The notes below the pieces were generated by a model. The model ran no database searches and was not told where the DNA came from. It was given only the letters and a program-made list of their open reading frames with translations. A DNA stretch of 64,000 nucleotides. Source: the human T2T-CHM13v2.0 reference genome, Homo sapiens. Made by a program: the position numbers and the translations under genes. Positions within the stretch are counted from its first letter, which is position 1; each line of letters starts with the position of its first letter. Shown here piece by piece: positions 14,601 through 29,300 of the stretch. The stretch is taken from the NCBI RefSeq assembly GCF_009914755.1, contig NC_060939.1. One strand, 5' to 3'.

Positions 14601-17600
14601 TATTCCTTTAAAGTCCATTCCATTCCATTCCATACGTTTCCATTCCATTCGAGTAAAGTCCACTCCAGTCCTTTCCATTCGAGTCCATTCCTCTCCAGTC
14701 CATTCCGTTCAATCCATTCCATTCCAGTCCATTCCATTCGAGTCCGTTCCATTCCAGTCCATTCCATTCGAGTCAATTCCATTCCATTCGATATCTTTCC
14801 ATAACGATCCATTCCATTCTATTCCTTTCGATTCCATTCAATTCCATTCCATTCTATTTCATTCCATTCGATTCCCTTCTATTGGACTCCTTTCCATTCG
14901 AGTGCATTCCATTCCGTTCCATTTCTTTCTGTTCTGTATGATTCCTACCATTCGATTTCATTTTGTTCCAGTCTATTCCTTTCACGTCCATTCCATTCCA
15001 TTTCACTCCATTCGATTCCATTCCACTCGATTCCCCTCCGTTCCATTTCATTGCATTCCATTCTATTCAATTCTATTGCATTCCATTCCATTCCATTTGA
15101 TTACATTCCATGCGATTCCATTCGAATTCGAATCAATTACATTGAAATCCATTACTATTGAGTCCGTTTTACTCCAGTCCACTCCATTCTGCTCCATTCC
15201 ATTTGATTCCATTCCATTCTATTCCATTCCGTACAGTTGCATTCCATTGGATTCCATTCTATATCTATAAATGCAACTCGAGACCATTGCTTTTGAGTCC
15301 ATTCTATATGATTCCATTCCATTCAAGTCCATTACATTTGGTTCAATTCCATTCCATTCCATTCCATTTGATATCAATCCATTCGATTCCATTCCATTCG
15401 AGCACATTCCAATCGAGTCCATTCCATTCGATGCCATTCCATTTGATTCTATTCCATTAGACTCCATTCAATTCCATTAATCTCCATTCCATTCCATTCT
15501 ACTCCAACTGATTCCATTCCATTCTATTCCTTTCCATTCCATTCCATTCCATTCGCTTCTATTCCATTCGTGTCCATTCCACTCCAGTCCATTCCATTCG
15601 TGTCCATTCCATTCCAGTCCATTCCATTTGTGTCCACTGCATTCCATTCCACTCCATTCCATATTATTCCATTACACTCCATTCCATTCTATTACTTTCA
15701 TTTCCATTCAGTTCCATTCCATTTGATTCCATTCCACTCGGTTTCACTCCACTTGAGTCCATTCCATTCCATTCCATTCTGTTCCATTCCATTCCATTCC
15801 ATTCCATTCTGTTCCATTCCATTCCATTGCATTCCATTCCATTCCATTCCATTCGGTACCATTCCATATTGTTCCATTCGATTCCATTCGAATCCATTCC
15901 ATTCCAGTCCATTCCATTCGATTCCATTCCATTCCTTTCAATTCCATTCCATTCCATTCGATTCCACTTGATTCCACTCCATTCCCTTCCACTGCATTCC
16001 ATTCGATTCCATTCCATTGCATTGCATTCCATTCCATTGGATTCCATTCCATTCGATTCCATTCCATTCGAATCAATTACATAGCAATCCATTACATTCG
16101 AGTCTGTTCTATTCCGTTGCACTCGATTTCGTTCCAATCCATTCGATTCCATTCCATTCGATTCCATTCCATACTATTGCATTCCATTCGATTAAATTAT
16201 ATTCGAATAAATTCCATTCAAGACCATTTCTGTTGAGTCCATTCTACTTGAGTCCATTCCCTTTGATTCCATAACATTTGAGTCCATTCAATTCCATTCC
16301 TTTCGTTTCCATTCCATTTGATGCCATTCCATTCAATTCTGTTCTACTCGACTCCAATACATTCAATTCCATTCCAGCCGATTCCATTACATTCTTTTCA
16401 TTTCTTATCCATTTCAAGCCATTCCATTCCATTCCACTCGTTTCCTTTCCATTCGAGTCCATTCCCTCCAGTCCATTCCATTCGAATCCATTTCACTCCA
16501 GTCCATTCCATTCGAATCCGTTTCACTCCAGTCCATTAAATTCGAGTACATTCCATTCCATTCTATTCAATGCCATTCCATTCGATTCTATTCCATTCGA
16601 CACCATTCCTTTCCATTCCGTTCCATCCAATTCCATTCCATTGTATTCCATTCAATTCCATTCCATTGCATTCCATTCGTTTCCATTCCATTCGAATTTA
16701 TTCCACTCAAGTCCATTCCATTCGAGTACATTCCATTCGATATCATTCCATACTATTGCATTCCATTCGATTCCATTGTTTTCGAATAAATTCCAACCGA
16801 GACCATTCCTTTCGTGTCCTTTCTATTTGACTGCATTCCATTTGAGTCCATTAAATTTCTGCACATTCCATTCCTTTCCATTCCATTCCATTCCATTCCT
16901 TTCGGTGCCATTCCATTCCACTCTACTCCATTCAAGTCCGTTCCATTTGAGTCCATTCCATTGATTCGATGCCATTACATTCAATTCTATTCCATTCGAA
17001 TCCATTCCATTCCATTTCCTTCCAAACGATTCCATTCCATTCTATTACTTTCTATTCCAATCCATTCCATTCCGTTCCATTCGTTTCCATTCCATTCGAG
17101 TCCACTCCATTCCATTCCATTCCATTCGATTCCATTCCATTCCTGTCCATTCCATTCAAGTCCATTCCACTCCATTCCATTCCATTCGATATCTTTTGAT
17201 AACACCCCATTCCATTCTGCTCCTTACAATTCAATTCAATTCCAGTCCATTTGATTCCATTCCATTTGATTACATTCCATTCGACTCCATTCCATTCGAC
17301 TCTATTCCATTCGAGTCCATTCCATTCCATTCCATTGCATTCCGTTCGAATCCCTATTCCATTCCATTTTGTTACTGTCCATTCCATTTGAGTCCATTCC
17401 ATGCCAAACCATTCCATTCGATTCCATTCCAATAGATTCCATTGCACTCGAATCCAGTGCGTTCCATTCCATTGCTTTCCATTCTATTACATTCCATTGC
17501 ATTCCATTCCATTCCATTTGATTGCATTCCATTCAATTCCATTAATTTCGAATCAATTACATTGCAATCCATTGCATTCGAGTTCTATTCCAGTCCATTG

Positions 17601-18850
17601 CATTCCGGCGCATTCCGTTCCATTCCATTCCATTCGATTCCGTTCCATTCGAATCGATTGCATTGCAATGCATTACATTCGAGTCCGTTTTATTCCAGTC
17701 CAATCCATTCCGGTCCATTCCGTTCGATTCCATTCCATTCGATGCCACTCCATACTATTGTATTTCATTCGATTCCATTCTATTCAAATAAATTCCATTC
17801 GAGACCATTCCTTTCGAGTCCATTCTATTTGAGTCCATTCCATTCGAGTCCATTATATTTGGGTCCATTCCATTCAATTCCATTGCAATCCATTCCATTC
17901 GATGTCACTCCATTCATTTCTATTCCATTAGAGTCCATGTCATTCGAGTCCATTCCATTCTATTCTATTCCACTCCATTCCATTCCATTCCACTCCATTC
18001 CATTCGTTGCCGTTCCATTCAATTCTATTATATTCCACTCCATTTAATTCCATTCCATTCCATTCCATTCCATTCTATCCAATTCCGTTCCATTCTATTC
18101 CTTTAAAGTCCATTCCATTCCATTCCATACGTTTCCATTCCATTCGAGTAAAGTCCACTCCAGTCCTTTCCATTCGAGTCCATTCCTCTCCAGTCCATTC
18201 CGTTCAATCCATTCCATTCCAGTCCATTCCATTCGAGTCCGTTCCATTCCAGTCCATTCCATTCGAGTCAATTCCATTCCATTCGATATCTTTCCATAAC
18301 GATCCATTCCATTGTATTCCTTTCGATTCCATTCAATTCCATTCCATTCTATTTCATTCCATTCGATTCCCTTCTATTGGACTCCTTTCCATTCGAGTGC
18401 ATTCCATTCCGTTCCATTTCTTTCTGTTCTGTATGATTCCTACCATTCGATTTCATTTTGTTCCAGTCTATTCCTTTCACGTCCATTCCATTCCATTTCA
18501 CTCCATTCGATTCCATTCCACTCGATTCCCCTCCGTTCCATTTCATTGCATTCCATTCTATTCAATTCTATTGCATTCCATTCCATTCCATTAGATTACA
18601 TTCCATGCGATTCCATTCGAATTCGAATCAATTACATTGAAATCCATTACTATTGAGTCCGTTTTACTCCAGTCCACTCCATTCTGCTCCATTCCATTTG
18701 ATTCCATTCCATTCTATTCCATTCCGTACAGTTGCATTCCATTGGATTCCATTCTATATCTATAAATGCAACTCGAGACCATTGCTTTTGAGTCCATTCT
18801 ATATGATTCCATTCCATTCAAGTCCATTACATTTGGTTCAATTCCATTCC
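5640..18850 (+). repeat. Two-unit (6,991 bp period) duplication within the 3.5 kb domain
   Basis: The offset is exactly 6,991 bp for landmarks 5791/12782, 6956/13947, 9287/16278 and 11662/18653. Private variants alternate between units. The boundaries are approximate. Confidence 0.8.
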
Positions 18851-21800
18851 ATTCCATTCCCTTCCATTCCATTCCATTTGATATCAATCCATTCGATTCC
18901 ATTCCATTCGAGCACATTCCAATCGAGTCCATTCCATTCGATGCCATACCATTTGATTATATTCCATTAGACTCCATTCAATTCCATTAATCTCCATTCC
19001 ATTCCATTCTACTCCAACTGATTGCATTCCATTCTATTCCTTTCCATTCCATTCCATTCCATTCGCTTCTATTCCATTCGTGTCCATTCCACTCCAGTCC
19101 ATTCCATTCGTGTCCATTCCATTCCAGTCCATTCCATTTGTGTCCACTGCATTCCATTCCACTCCATTCCATATTATTCCATTACACTCCATTCCATTCT
19201 ATTACTTTCATTTCCATTCAGTTCCATTCCATTTGATTCCATTCCACTCGGTTTCACTCCACTTGGGTCCATTCCATTCCAATCCATTCTGTTACATTCC
19301 ATTCCATTCCATTCCATTCTGTTCCATTCCATTCCATTCAGTTCCATTCCATTCCATTCCATTCCATTCCATTCCATTCCATTCCATTCCATTCGGTACC
19401 ATTCCATATTGTTCCATTCGATTCCATTCGAATCCATTCCATTCCAGTCCATTCCATTCGATTCCATTCCATTCCTTTCAATTCCATTCCATTCCATTCG
19501 ATTCCACTTGATTCCACTCCATTCCCTTCCACTGCATTCCGTTCGATTCCATTCCATTGCATTGCATTCCATTCCATTGGATTGCATTCCATTCGATTCC
19601 ATTCCATTCGAATCAATTACATAGCAATCCATTACATTCGAGTCTGTTCTATTCCGTTGCACTCGATTTCGCTCCAATCCATTCGATTCCATTCCATTCG
19701 ATTCCATTCCATACTATTGCATTCCATTCGATTAAATTATATTCGAATAAATTCCATTCAAGACCATTTCTGTTGAGTCCATTCTACTTGAGTCCATTCC
19801 CTTTGATTCCATAACATTTGAGTCCATTCAATTCCATTCCTTTCGTTTCCATTCCATTTGATGCCATTCCATTCAATTCTGTTCTACTCGACTCCAATAC
19901 ATTCAATTCCATTCCAGCCGATTCCATTACATTCTTTTCATTTCTTATCCATTTCAAGCCATTCCATTCCATTCCATTCCACTCGTTTCCTTTCCATTCG
20001 AGTCCATTCCACTCCAGTCCATTCCATTCGAATCCATTTCACTCCAGTCCATTCCATTCGAATCCGTTTCACTCCAGTCCATTAAATTCGAGTACATTCC
20101 ATTCCATTCTGTTCAATGCCATTCCATTCGATTCTATTCCATTCGACACCATTCCTTTCCATTCCGTTCCATCCGATTCCATTCCATTGTATTCCATTCA
20201 ATTCCATTCCATTGCATTCCATTCGTTTCCATTCCATTCGAATTCATTCTACTCAAGTCCATTCCATTCGAGTCCATTTCATTCGATATCATTCCATTCG
20301 ATATCATTCCATACTATTGCATTCCATTCGATTCCATTGTTTTCGAATAAATTCCAACCGAGACCATTCCTTTCGTGTCCTTTCTATTTGACTGCATTCC
20401 ATTTGAGTCCATTAAATTTCTGCACATTCCATTCCTTTCCATTCCATTCCATTCCATTCCTTTCGGTGCCATTCCATTCCACTCTACTCCATTCAAGTCC
20501 ATTCCATTTGAGTCCATTCCATTGATTCGATGCCATTACATTCAATTCTATTCCATTCGAATCCATTCCATTCCATTTCCTTCCAAACGATTCCATTCCA
20601 ATCTATTACTTTCTATTCCAATCCATTCCATTCCGTTCCATTCGTTTCCATTCCATTCGAGTCCACTCCATTCCATTCCATTCCATTCGATTCCATTCCA
20701 TTCCAGTCCATTCCATTCAAGTCCATTCCACTGCATTCCATTCCATTCGATATCTTTTGATAACACCCCATTCCATTCTGCTCCTTACAATTCAATTCAA
20801 TTCCAGTCCATTTGATTCCATTCCATTTGATTACATTCCATTCGACTCCATTCCATTCGACTCTATTCCATTCGAGTCCATTCCATTCCATTCCATTGCA
20901 TTCCGTTCGAATCCCTATTCCATTCCATTTTGTTACTGTCCATTCCATTTGAGTCCATTCCATGCCAAACCATTCCATTCGATTCCATTCCAATAGATTC
21001 CATTGCACTCGAATCCAGTGCGTTCCATTCCATTGCTTTCCATTCTATTACATTCCATTGCATTACATTCCATTCCATTTGATTGCATTCCATTCAATTC
21101 CATTAATTTCGAATCAATTACATTGCAATCCATTGCATTCGAGTTCTATTCCAGTCCATTGCATTCCGGCGCATTCCGTTCCTTTCCATTCCTTTCGATT
21201 CCGTTCCATTCGAATCGATTGCATTGCAATGCATTACATTCGAGTCCGTTTTATTCCAGTCCAATCCATTCCGGTCCATTCCGTTCGATTCCATTCCATT
21301 CGATGCCACTCCATACTATTGTATTTCATTCGATTCCATTCTATTCAAATAAATTCCATTCGAGACCATTCCTTTCATGTCCATTCTATTTGAGTCCATT
21401 CCATTCGAGTCCATTATATTTGGGTCCATTCCATTCAATTCCATTGCAATCGATTCCATTCGATGTCACTCCATTCATTTCTATTCCATTAGAGTCCATG
21501 TCATTCGAGTCCATTCCGTTCTATTCTATTCCACTCCATTCCATTCCATTCCACTCCATTCCATTCGTTGCCGTTCCATTCAATTCTATTATATTCCACT
21601 CCATTTAATTCCATTCCATTCCATTCCATTCCATTCTATCCAATTCCGTTCCATTCTATTCCTTTAAAGTCCATTCCATTCCATTCCATACGTTTCCATT
21701 CCATTCGAGTAAAGTCCACTCCAGTCCTTTCCATTCGAGTCCATTCCTCTCCAGTCCATTCCGTTCAATCCATTCCATTCCAGTCCATTCCATTCGAGTC

Positions 21801-23349
21801 CGTTCCATTCCAGTCCATACCATTCGAGTCAATTCCATTCCATTCGATATCTTTCCATAACGATCCATTCCATTCTATTCCTTTCGATTCCATTCTATTC
21901 CATTCCATTCTATTTCATTCCATTCGATTCCCTTCCATTGGACTCCTTTCCATTCGAGTGCATTCCATTCCGTTCCATTTCTTTCTGTTCTGTATGATTC
22001 CTACCATTCGATTTCATTTTGTTCCAGTCTATTCCTTTCACGTCCATTCCATTCCATTTCACTCCATTCGATTCCATTCCACTCGATTCCCCTCCGTTCC
22101 ATTTCATTGCATTCCATTCTATTCAATTCTATTGCATTCCATTCCATTCCATTTGATTACATTCCATGCGATTCCATTCGAATTCGAATCAATTACATTG
22201 AAATCCATTACTATTGAGTCCGTTTTACTCCAGTCCACTCCATTCTGCTCCATTCCATTTGATTCCATTCCATTCTATTCCATTCCGTACAGTTGCATTC
22301 CATTGGATTCCATTCTATATCTATAAATGCAACTCGAGACCATTGCTTTTGAGTCCATTCTATATGATTCCATTCCATTCAAGTCCATTACATTTGGTTC
22401 AATTCCATTCCATTCCATTCCCTTCCATTCCATTCCATTTGATATCAATCCATTCGATTCCATTCCATTCGAGCTCATTCCAATCGAGTCCATTCCATTC
22501 GATGCCATACCATTTGATTATATTCCATTAGACTCCATTCAATTCCATTAATCTCCATTCCATTCCATTCTACTCCAACTGATTCCATTCCATTCTATTC
22601 CTTTCCATTCCATTCCATTCCATTCGCTTCTATTCCATTCGTGTCCATTCCACTCCAGTCCATTCCATTCGTGTCCATTCCATTCCAGTCCATTCCATTT
22701 GTGTCCACTGCATTCCATTCCACTCCATTCCATATTATTCCATTACACTCCATTCCATTCTATTACTTTCATTTCCATTCAGTTCCATTCCATTTGATTC
22801 CATTCCACTCGGTTTCACTCCACTTGAGTCCATTCCATTCCATTCCATTCCATTGTGTTCCATTCCATTCCATTCCATTCCATTCCATTCGGTACCATTC
22901 CATATTGTTCCATTCGATTCCATTCGAATCCATTCCATTCCAGTCCATTCCATTCGATTCCATTCCATTCCTTTCAATTCCATTCCATTCCATTCGATTC
23001 CACTTGATTCCACTCCATTCCCTTCCACTGCATTCCATTCGATTCCATTCCATTGCATTGCATTCCATTCCATTGGATTGCATTCCATTCGATTCCATTC
23101 CATTCGAATCAATTACATAGCAATCCATGACATTCGAGTCTGTTCTATTCCGTTGCATTCGATTTCGTTCCAATCCATTCGATTCCATTCCATTCGATTC
23201 CATTCCATACTATGGCATTCCATTCGATTAAATTATATTCGAATAAATTCCATTCAAGACCATTTCTGTTGAGTCCATTCTACTTGAGTCCATTCCCTTT
23301 GATTCCATAACATTTGAGTCCATTCAATTCCATTCCTTTCGTTTCCATT

Positions 23350-26300
23350 CCATTTGATGCCATTCCATTCAATTCTGTTCTACTCGACTCCAATACATTC
23401 AATTCCATTCCATCCGATTCCATTACATTCTTTTCATTTCTTATCCATTTCAAGCCATTCCATTCCATTCCATTCCATTCCACTCGTTTCCTTTCCATTC
23501 GAGTCCATTCCACTCCTGTCCATTCCATTCGAATCCATTTCACTCCAGTCCATTCCATTCGAATCCATTTCACTCCAGTCCATTAAATTCGAGTACATTA
23601 AATTCCATTCCATTCAATGCCATTCCATTCGATTCTATTCCATTCGACACCATTCCTTTCCATTCCGTTCCATCCAATTCCATTCCATTGTATTCCATTC
23701 AATTCCATTCCATTGCATTCCATTCGTTTCCATTCCATTCGAATTCATTCCACTCAAGTCCATTCCATTCGAGTCCATTCCATTCGATATCATTCCATAC
23801 TATTGCATTCCATTCGATTCCATTGTTTTCGAATAAATTCCAACCGAGACCATTCCTTTCGTGTCCATTCTATTTGACTGCATTCCATTTGAGTCCATTA
23901 AATTTCTGCACATTCCATTCCTTTCCATTCCATTCCGTTCCATTCCTTTCGGTGCCATTCCTTTCCACTCTAATCCATTCAAGTCCATTCCATTTGAGTC
24001 CATTCCATTGATTCGATGCCATTACATTCAATTCCATTCCATTCGACTCCATTCCATTCCATTCCCTTCCAAACGATTCCATTCCATTCTATTACTTTCT
24101 ATTCCAATCCATTCCATTCCGTTCCATTCGTTTCCATTCCATTCGAGTCCACTCCATTCCAGTCCATTCCATTCGATTCCATTCCATTCCAGTCCATTCC
24201 ATTCAAGTCCATTCCACTCCATTCCATTCCATTCGATATCTTTCGATAACACCCCATTCCATTCTGCTCCTTACAATTCAATTCAATTCCATTCCATTTG
24301 ATTCCATTCCATTTGATTACATTCCATTCGACTCTATTCCATTCGACTCAATTCCATTCGAGTCCATTCCATTCCATTCCATTGCATTCCGTTCGAATCC
24401 CTATTCCATTCCATTTTGTTACTGTACATTCCATTTGAGTCCATTCCATGCCAAACCATTCCATTCGATTCCATTCCAATAGATTCCATTGCACTCGAAT
24501 CCAGTGCGTTCCATTCCATTGCTTTCCATTCTATTACATTCCATTGCATTACATTCCATTCCATTTGATTGCATTCCATTCAATTCCATTAATTTCGAAT
24601 CAATTACATTGCAATCCATTGCATTCGAGTTCTATTCCAGTCCATTGCATTCCGGCGCATTCCGTTCCATTCCATTCCCTTCGATTCCGTTCCATTCGAA
24701 TCCATTGCATTGCAATGCTTTACATTCGAGTCCTTTTTATTCCAGTCCAATCCATTCCGGTCCATTCCGTTCGATTCCATTCCATTCGATGCCACTCCAT
24801 ACTATTGTATTTCATTCGATTCCATTCTATTCAAATAAATTCCATTTGACACCATTCCTTTCGAGTCCATTCTATTTGAGTCCATTCCATTCGAGTCCAT
24901 TATATTTGGGTCCATTCCATTCAATTCCATTGCAATCCATTCCATTCGATGTCACTCCATTCATTTCTATTCCATTAGAGTCCATGTCATTCGAGTCCAT
25001 TCCATTCTATTCTATTCCACTCCATTCCATTCCATTGCATTCCACTCCATTCCATTCTTTGCCGTTCAATTCAATTCTATTATATTCCACTCCATTTAAT
25101 TCCATTCCATTCCATTCCATTCCATTCCATTCCATTCTATCCAATTCCGTTCCACTCTATTCCTTTAAAGTCCATTCCATTCCATTCCATTCGTTTCCAT
25201 TCCATTCGAGTAAAGTCCACTCCAGTCCTTTCCATTCGAGTCCATTCCTCTCCAGTCCATTCCGTTCAATCCATTCCATTCCAGTCCATTCCATTCGAGT
25301 CCGTTCCATTCCAGTCCATTCCATTCGAGTCAATTCCATTCCATTCGATATCTTTCCATAACGATCCATTCCATTCTATTCCTTTCAATTCCATTCAATT
25401 CCATTCCATTCTATTTCATTCCATTCGATTCCCTTCCATTGGACTCCTTTCCATTCGAGTGCATTCCATTCCGTTCCATTTCTTTCTGTTCTGTAAGATT
25501 CCTACCGTTCGATTGCATTTTGTTCCAGTCTATTCCTTTCACGTCCATTCCATTCCATTTCACTCCATTCGATTCCATTCCACTCGATTCCCCTCCGTTC
25601 CATTTCATTGCATTCCATTCTATTCAATTCTATTGCATTCCATTCCATTCCATTTGATTACATTCCATGCGATTCCATTCGAATTCGAATCAATTACATT
25701 GAAATCCATTACTATTGAGTCCGTTTTACTCCAGTCCACTCCATTCTGCTCCATTCCATTTGATTCCATTCCATTCTATTCCATTCCGTTCAGTTGCATT
25801 CCATTGGATTCCATTCTATATCTATAAATGCAACTCGAGACCATTGCTTTTGAGTCCATTCTATATGATTCCATTCCATTCAAGTCCATTACATTTGGTT
25901 CAATTCAATTCCATTCCATTCCCTTCCATTCCATTCCATTTGATATCAATCCATTCGATTCCATTCCATTCGAGTACATTCCAGTCGAGTCCATTCCATT
26001 CGATGCCATTCCATTTGATTCTATTCCATTAGACTCCATTCAATTCCATTAATCTCCATTCCATTCCATTCTACTCCAACTGATTTCATTCCATTCTATT
26101 CCTTTCCATTCCATTCCATTCTATTCGCTTCTATTCCATTCGTGTCCATTCCACTCCAGTCCATTCCATTCGTGTCCATTCCATTCCAGTCCATTCCATT
26201 TGTGTCCAGTGCATTCCATTCCACTCCATTCCATATTATTCCTTTACACTCCATTCCATTCTATTACTTTCATTTCCATTCAGTTCCATTCCATTTGATT

Positions 26301-29300
26301 CCATTCCACTCGGTTTCACTCCATTTGAGTCCATTCCATTCCATTCCATTCCATTCTGTTCCATTCCACTCCATTCCATTCCATTCTATTCCATTCGGTA
26401 CCATTCCATATTGTTCCATTCGATTCCATTCGAATCCATTCCATTCCAGTCCATTCCATTCGATTCCATTCCATTCCTTTCAATTCCATTCCATTCCATT
26501 CGATTCCACTTGATTCCACTCCATTCCCTTCCACTGCATTCCATTCGATTCCATTCCATTGCATTGCATTCCATTCCATTGGATTGCATTCCATTCGATT
26601 CCATTCCATTCGAATCAATTACAAAGCAATCCATTACATTCGAGTCTGTTCTATTCCGTTGCATTCGATTTCATTCCAATCCATTCGATTCCATTCCATT
26701 CGATTCCATTCCATACTATTGCATTCCATTCGATTAAATTATACTCGAATAAATTCCATTCAAGACCATTTCTGTTGAGTCCATTCTACTTGAGTCCATT
26801 CCCTTTGATTCCATAACATTTGAGTCCATTCAATTCCATTCCTTTCGTTTCCATTCCATTTGATGCCATTCCATTCAATTCTGTTCTACTCGACTCCAAT
26901 ACATTCAATTCCATTCCATCCGATTCCATTACATTCTTTTCATTTCTTATCCATTTCAAGCCATTCCATTCCATTCCATTCCACTCGTTTCCTTTCCATT
27001 CGAGTCCATTCCACTCCAGTCCATTCCATTCGAATCCATTTCACTCCAGTCCATTCCATTCGAATCCGTTTCACTCCAGTCCATTAAATTCGAATACATT
27101 CCATTCCATTCTATTCAATGCCATTCCATTCGATTCTATTCCATTCGACACCATTCCTTTCCATTCCGTTCCATCCGATTCCATTCCATTGCATTCCATT
27201 CGTTTCCATTCCATTCGATTTCATTCCACTCAAGTCCATTCCATTCGAGTCCATTCCATTCGATATCATTCCATACTATTGCATTCCATTCGATTCCATT
27301 GTTTTCGAATAGATTCCAACCGAGACCATTCCTTTCGTGTCCTTTCTATTTGACTGCATTCCATTTGAGTCCCTTAAATTTCTGCACATTCCATTCCTTT
27401 CCATTCCATTCCATTCCATTCCTTTCGGTGCCATTCCATTCCACTCTACTCCATTCAAGTCCATTCCATTTGAGTCCATTCCATTGATTCGATGCCATTA
27501 CATTCAATTCTATTCCATTCGAATCCATTCCATTCCATTTCCTTCCAAACGATTCCATTCCATTCTATTACTTTCTATTCCAATCCATTCCATTCCGTTC
27601 CATTCGTTTCCATTCCATTCGAGTCCACTCCATTCCATTCCATTCCATTCGATTCCATTCCATTCCAGTCCATTCCATTCAAGTCCATTCCACTCCATTC
27701 CATTCCATTCGATATCTTTTGATAACACCCCATTCCATTCTGCTCCTTACAATTCAATTCAATTCCAGTCCATTTGATTCCATTCCATTTGATTACATTC
27801 CATTCGACTCCATTCCATTCGACTCAATTCCATTCGAGTCCATTCCATTCCATTCCATTGCATTCCGTTCGAATCCCTATTCCATTCCATTTTGTTACTG
27901 TCCATTCCATTTGAGTCCATTCCATGCCAAACCATTCCATTCGATTCCATTCCAATAGATTCCATTGCACTCGAATCCAGTGCGTTCCATTCCATTGCTT
28001 TCCATTCTATTACATTCCATTGCATTACATTCCATTCCATTTGATTGCATTCCATTCAATTCCATTAATTTCGAATCAATTACATTGCAATCCATTGCAT
28101 TCGAGTTCTATTCCAGTCCATTGCATTCCGCCGCATTCCGTTCCATTCCATTGCATTCGATTCCGTTCCATTCGATTCGATTGCATTGCAATGCATTACA
28201 TTCGAGTCCGTTTTATTCCAGTCCAATCCATTCCGGTCCATTCCGTTCGATTCCATTCCATTCGACGCCACTCCATACTATTGTATTTCATTCGATTCCA
28301 TTCTATTCAAATAAATTCCATTCGAGACCATTCCTTTCATGTCCATTCTATTTGAGTCCATTCCATTCGAGTCCATTATATTTGGGTCCATTCCATTCAA
28401 TTCCATTGCAATCCATTCCATTCGATGTCACTCCATTCATTTCTATTCCATTAGAGTCCATGTCATTCGAGTCCATTCCATTCTATTCTATTCCACTCCA
28501 TTCCATTCGTTGCCGTTCCATTGAATTCTATTATATTCCACTCCATTTAATTCCATTCTATTCCATTCTATCCAATTCCGTTCCATTCTATTCCTTTAAA
28601 GTCCATTCCATTCCATTCCATTCGTTTCCATTCCATTCGAGTAAAGTCCACTCCAGTCCATTCCATTCGAGTCAATTCCATTACATTCGATATCTTTCCA
28701 TAACGATCCATTCCATTCTATTCCTTTCGATTCCATTCAATTCCATTCCATTCTATTTCATTCCATTGGATTCCCTTCCATTGGACTCCTTTCCATTCGA
28801 GTGCATTCCATTCCGTTCCATTTCTTTCTGTTCTGTATGATTCCTACCGTTCGATTTCATTTTGTTCCAGTCTATTCCTTTCAAGTCCATTCCATTCCAT
28901 TTCACTCCATTCGATTCCATTCCACTCGATTCCACTCCGTTCCATTTCATTGCATTCCATTCTATTCAATTCTATTGCATTCCCTTCCATTGCATTTGAT
29001 TACATCTCATGCGATTCCATTCGAATTCCAATCAATTACATTGCAATCCATTACTATTGAGTCCGTTTTATTCCAGTCCACTCCATTCTGGTCCATTCCA
29101 TTTGATTCCATTCCATTCTATTCCATTCCGTACAGTTGCATTCCGTTGGATTCCATTCTATATCTATAAATGCAACTCGAGACCATTGCTTTTGAGTCCA
29201 TTCTATATGATTCCATTCCGTTCAAGTCCATTACATTTGGTTCAATTCCATTCCATTCCATTACCTTCCATTCCATTCCATTTGATATCAATCCATTCGA

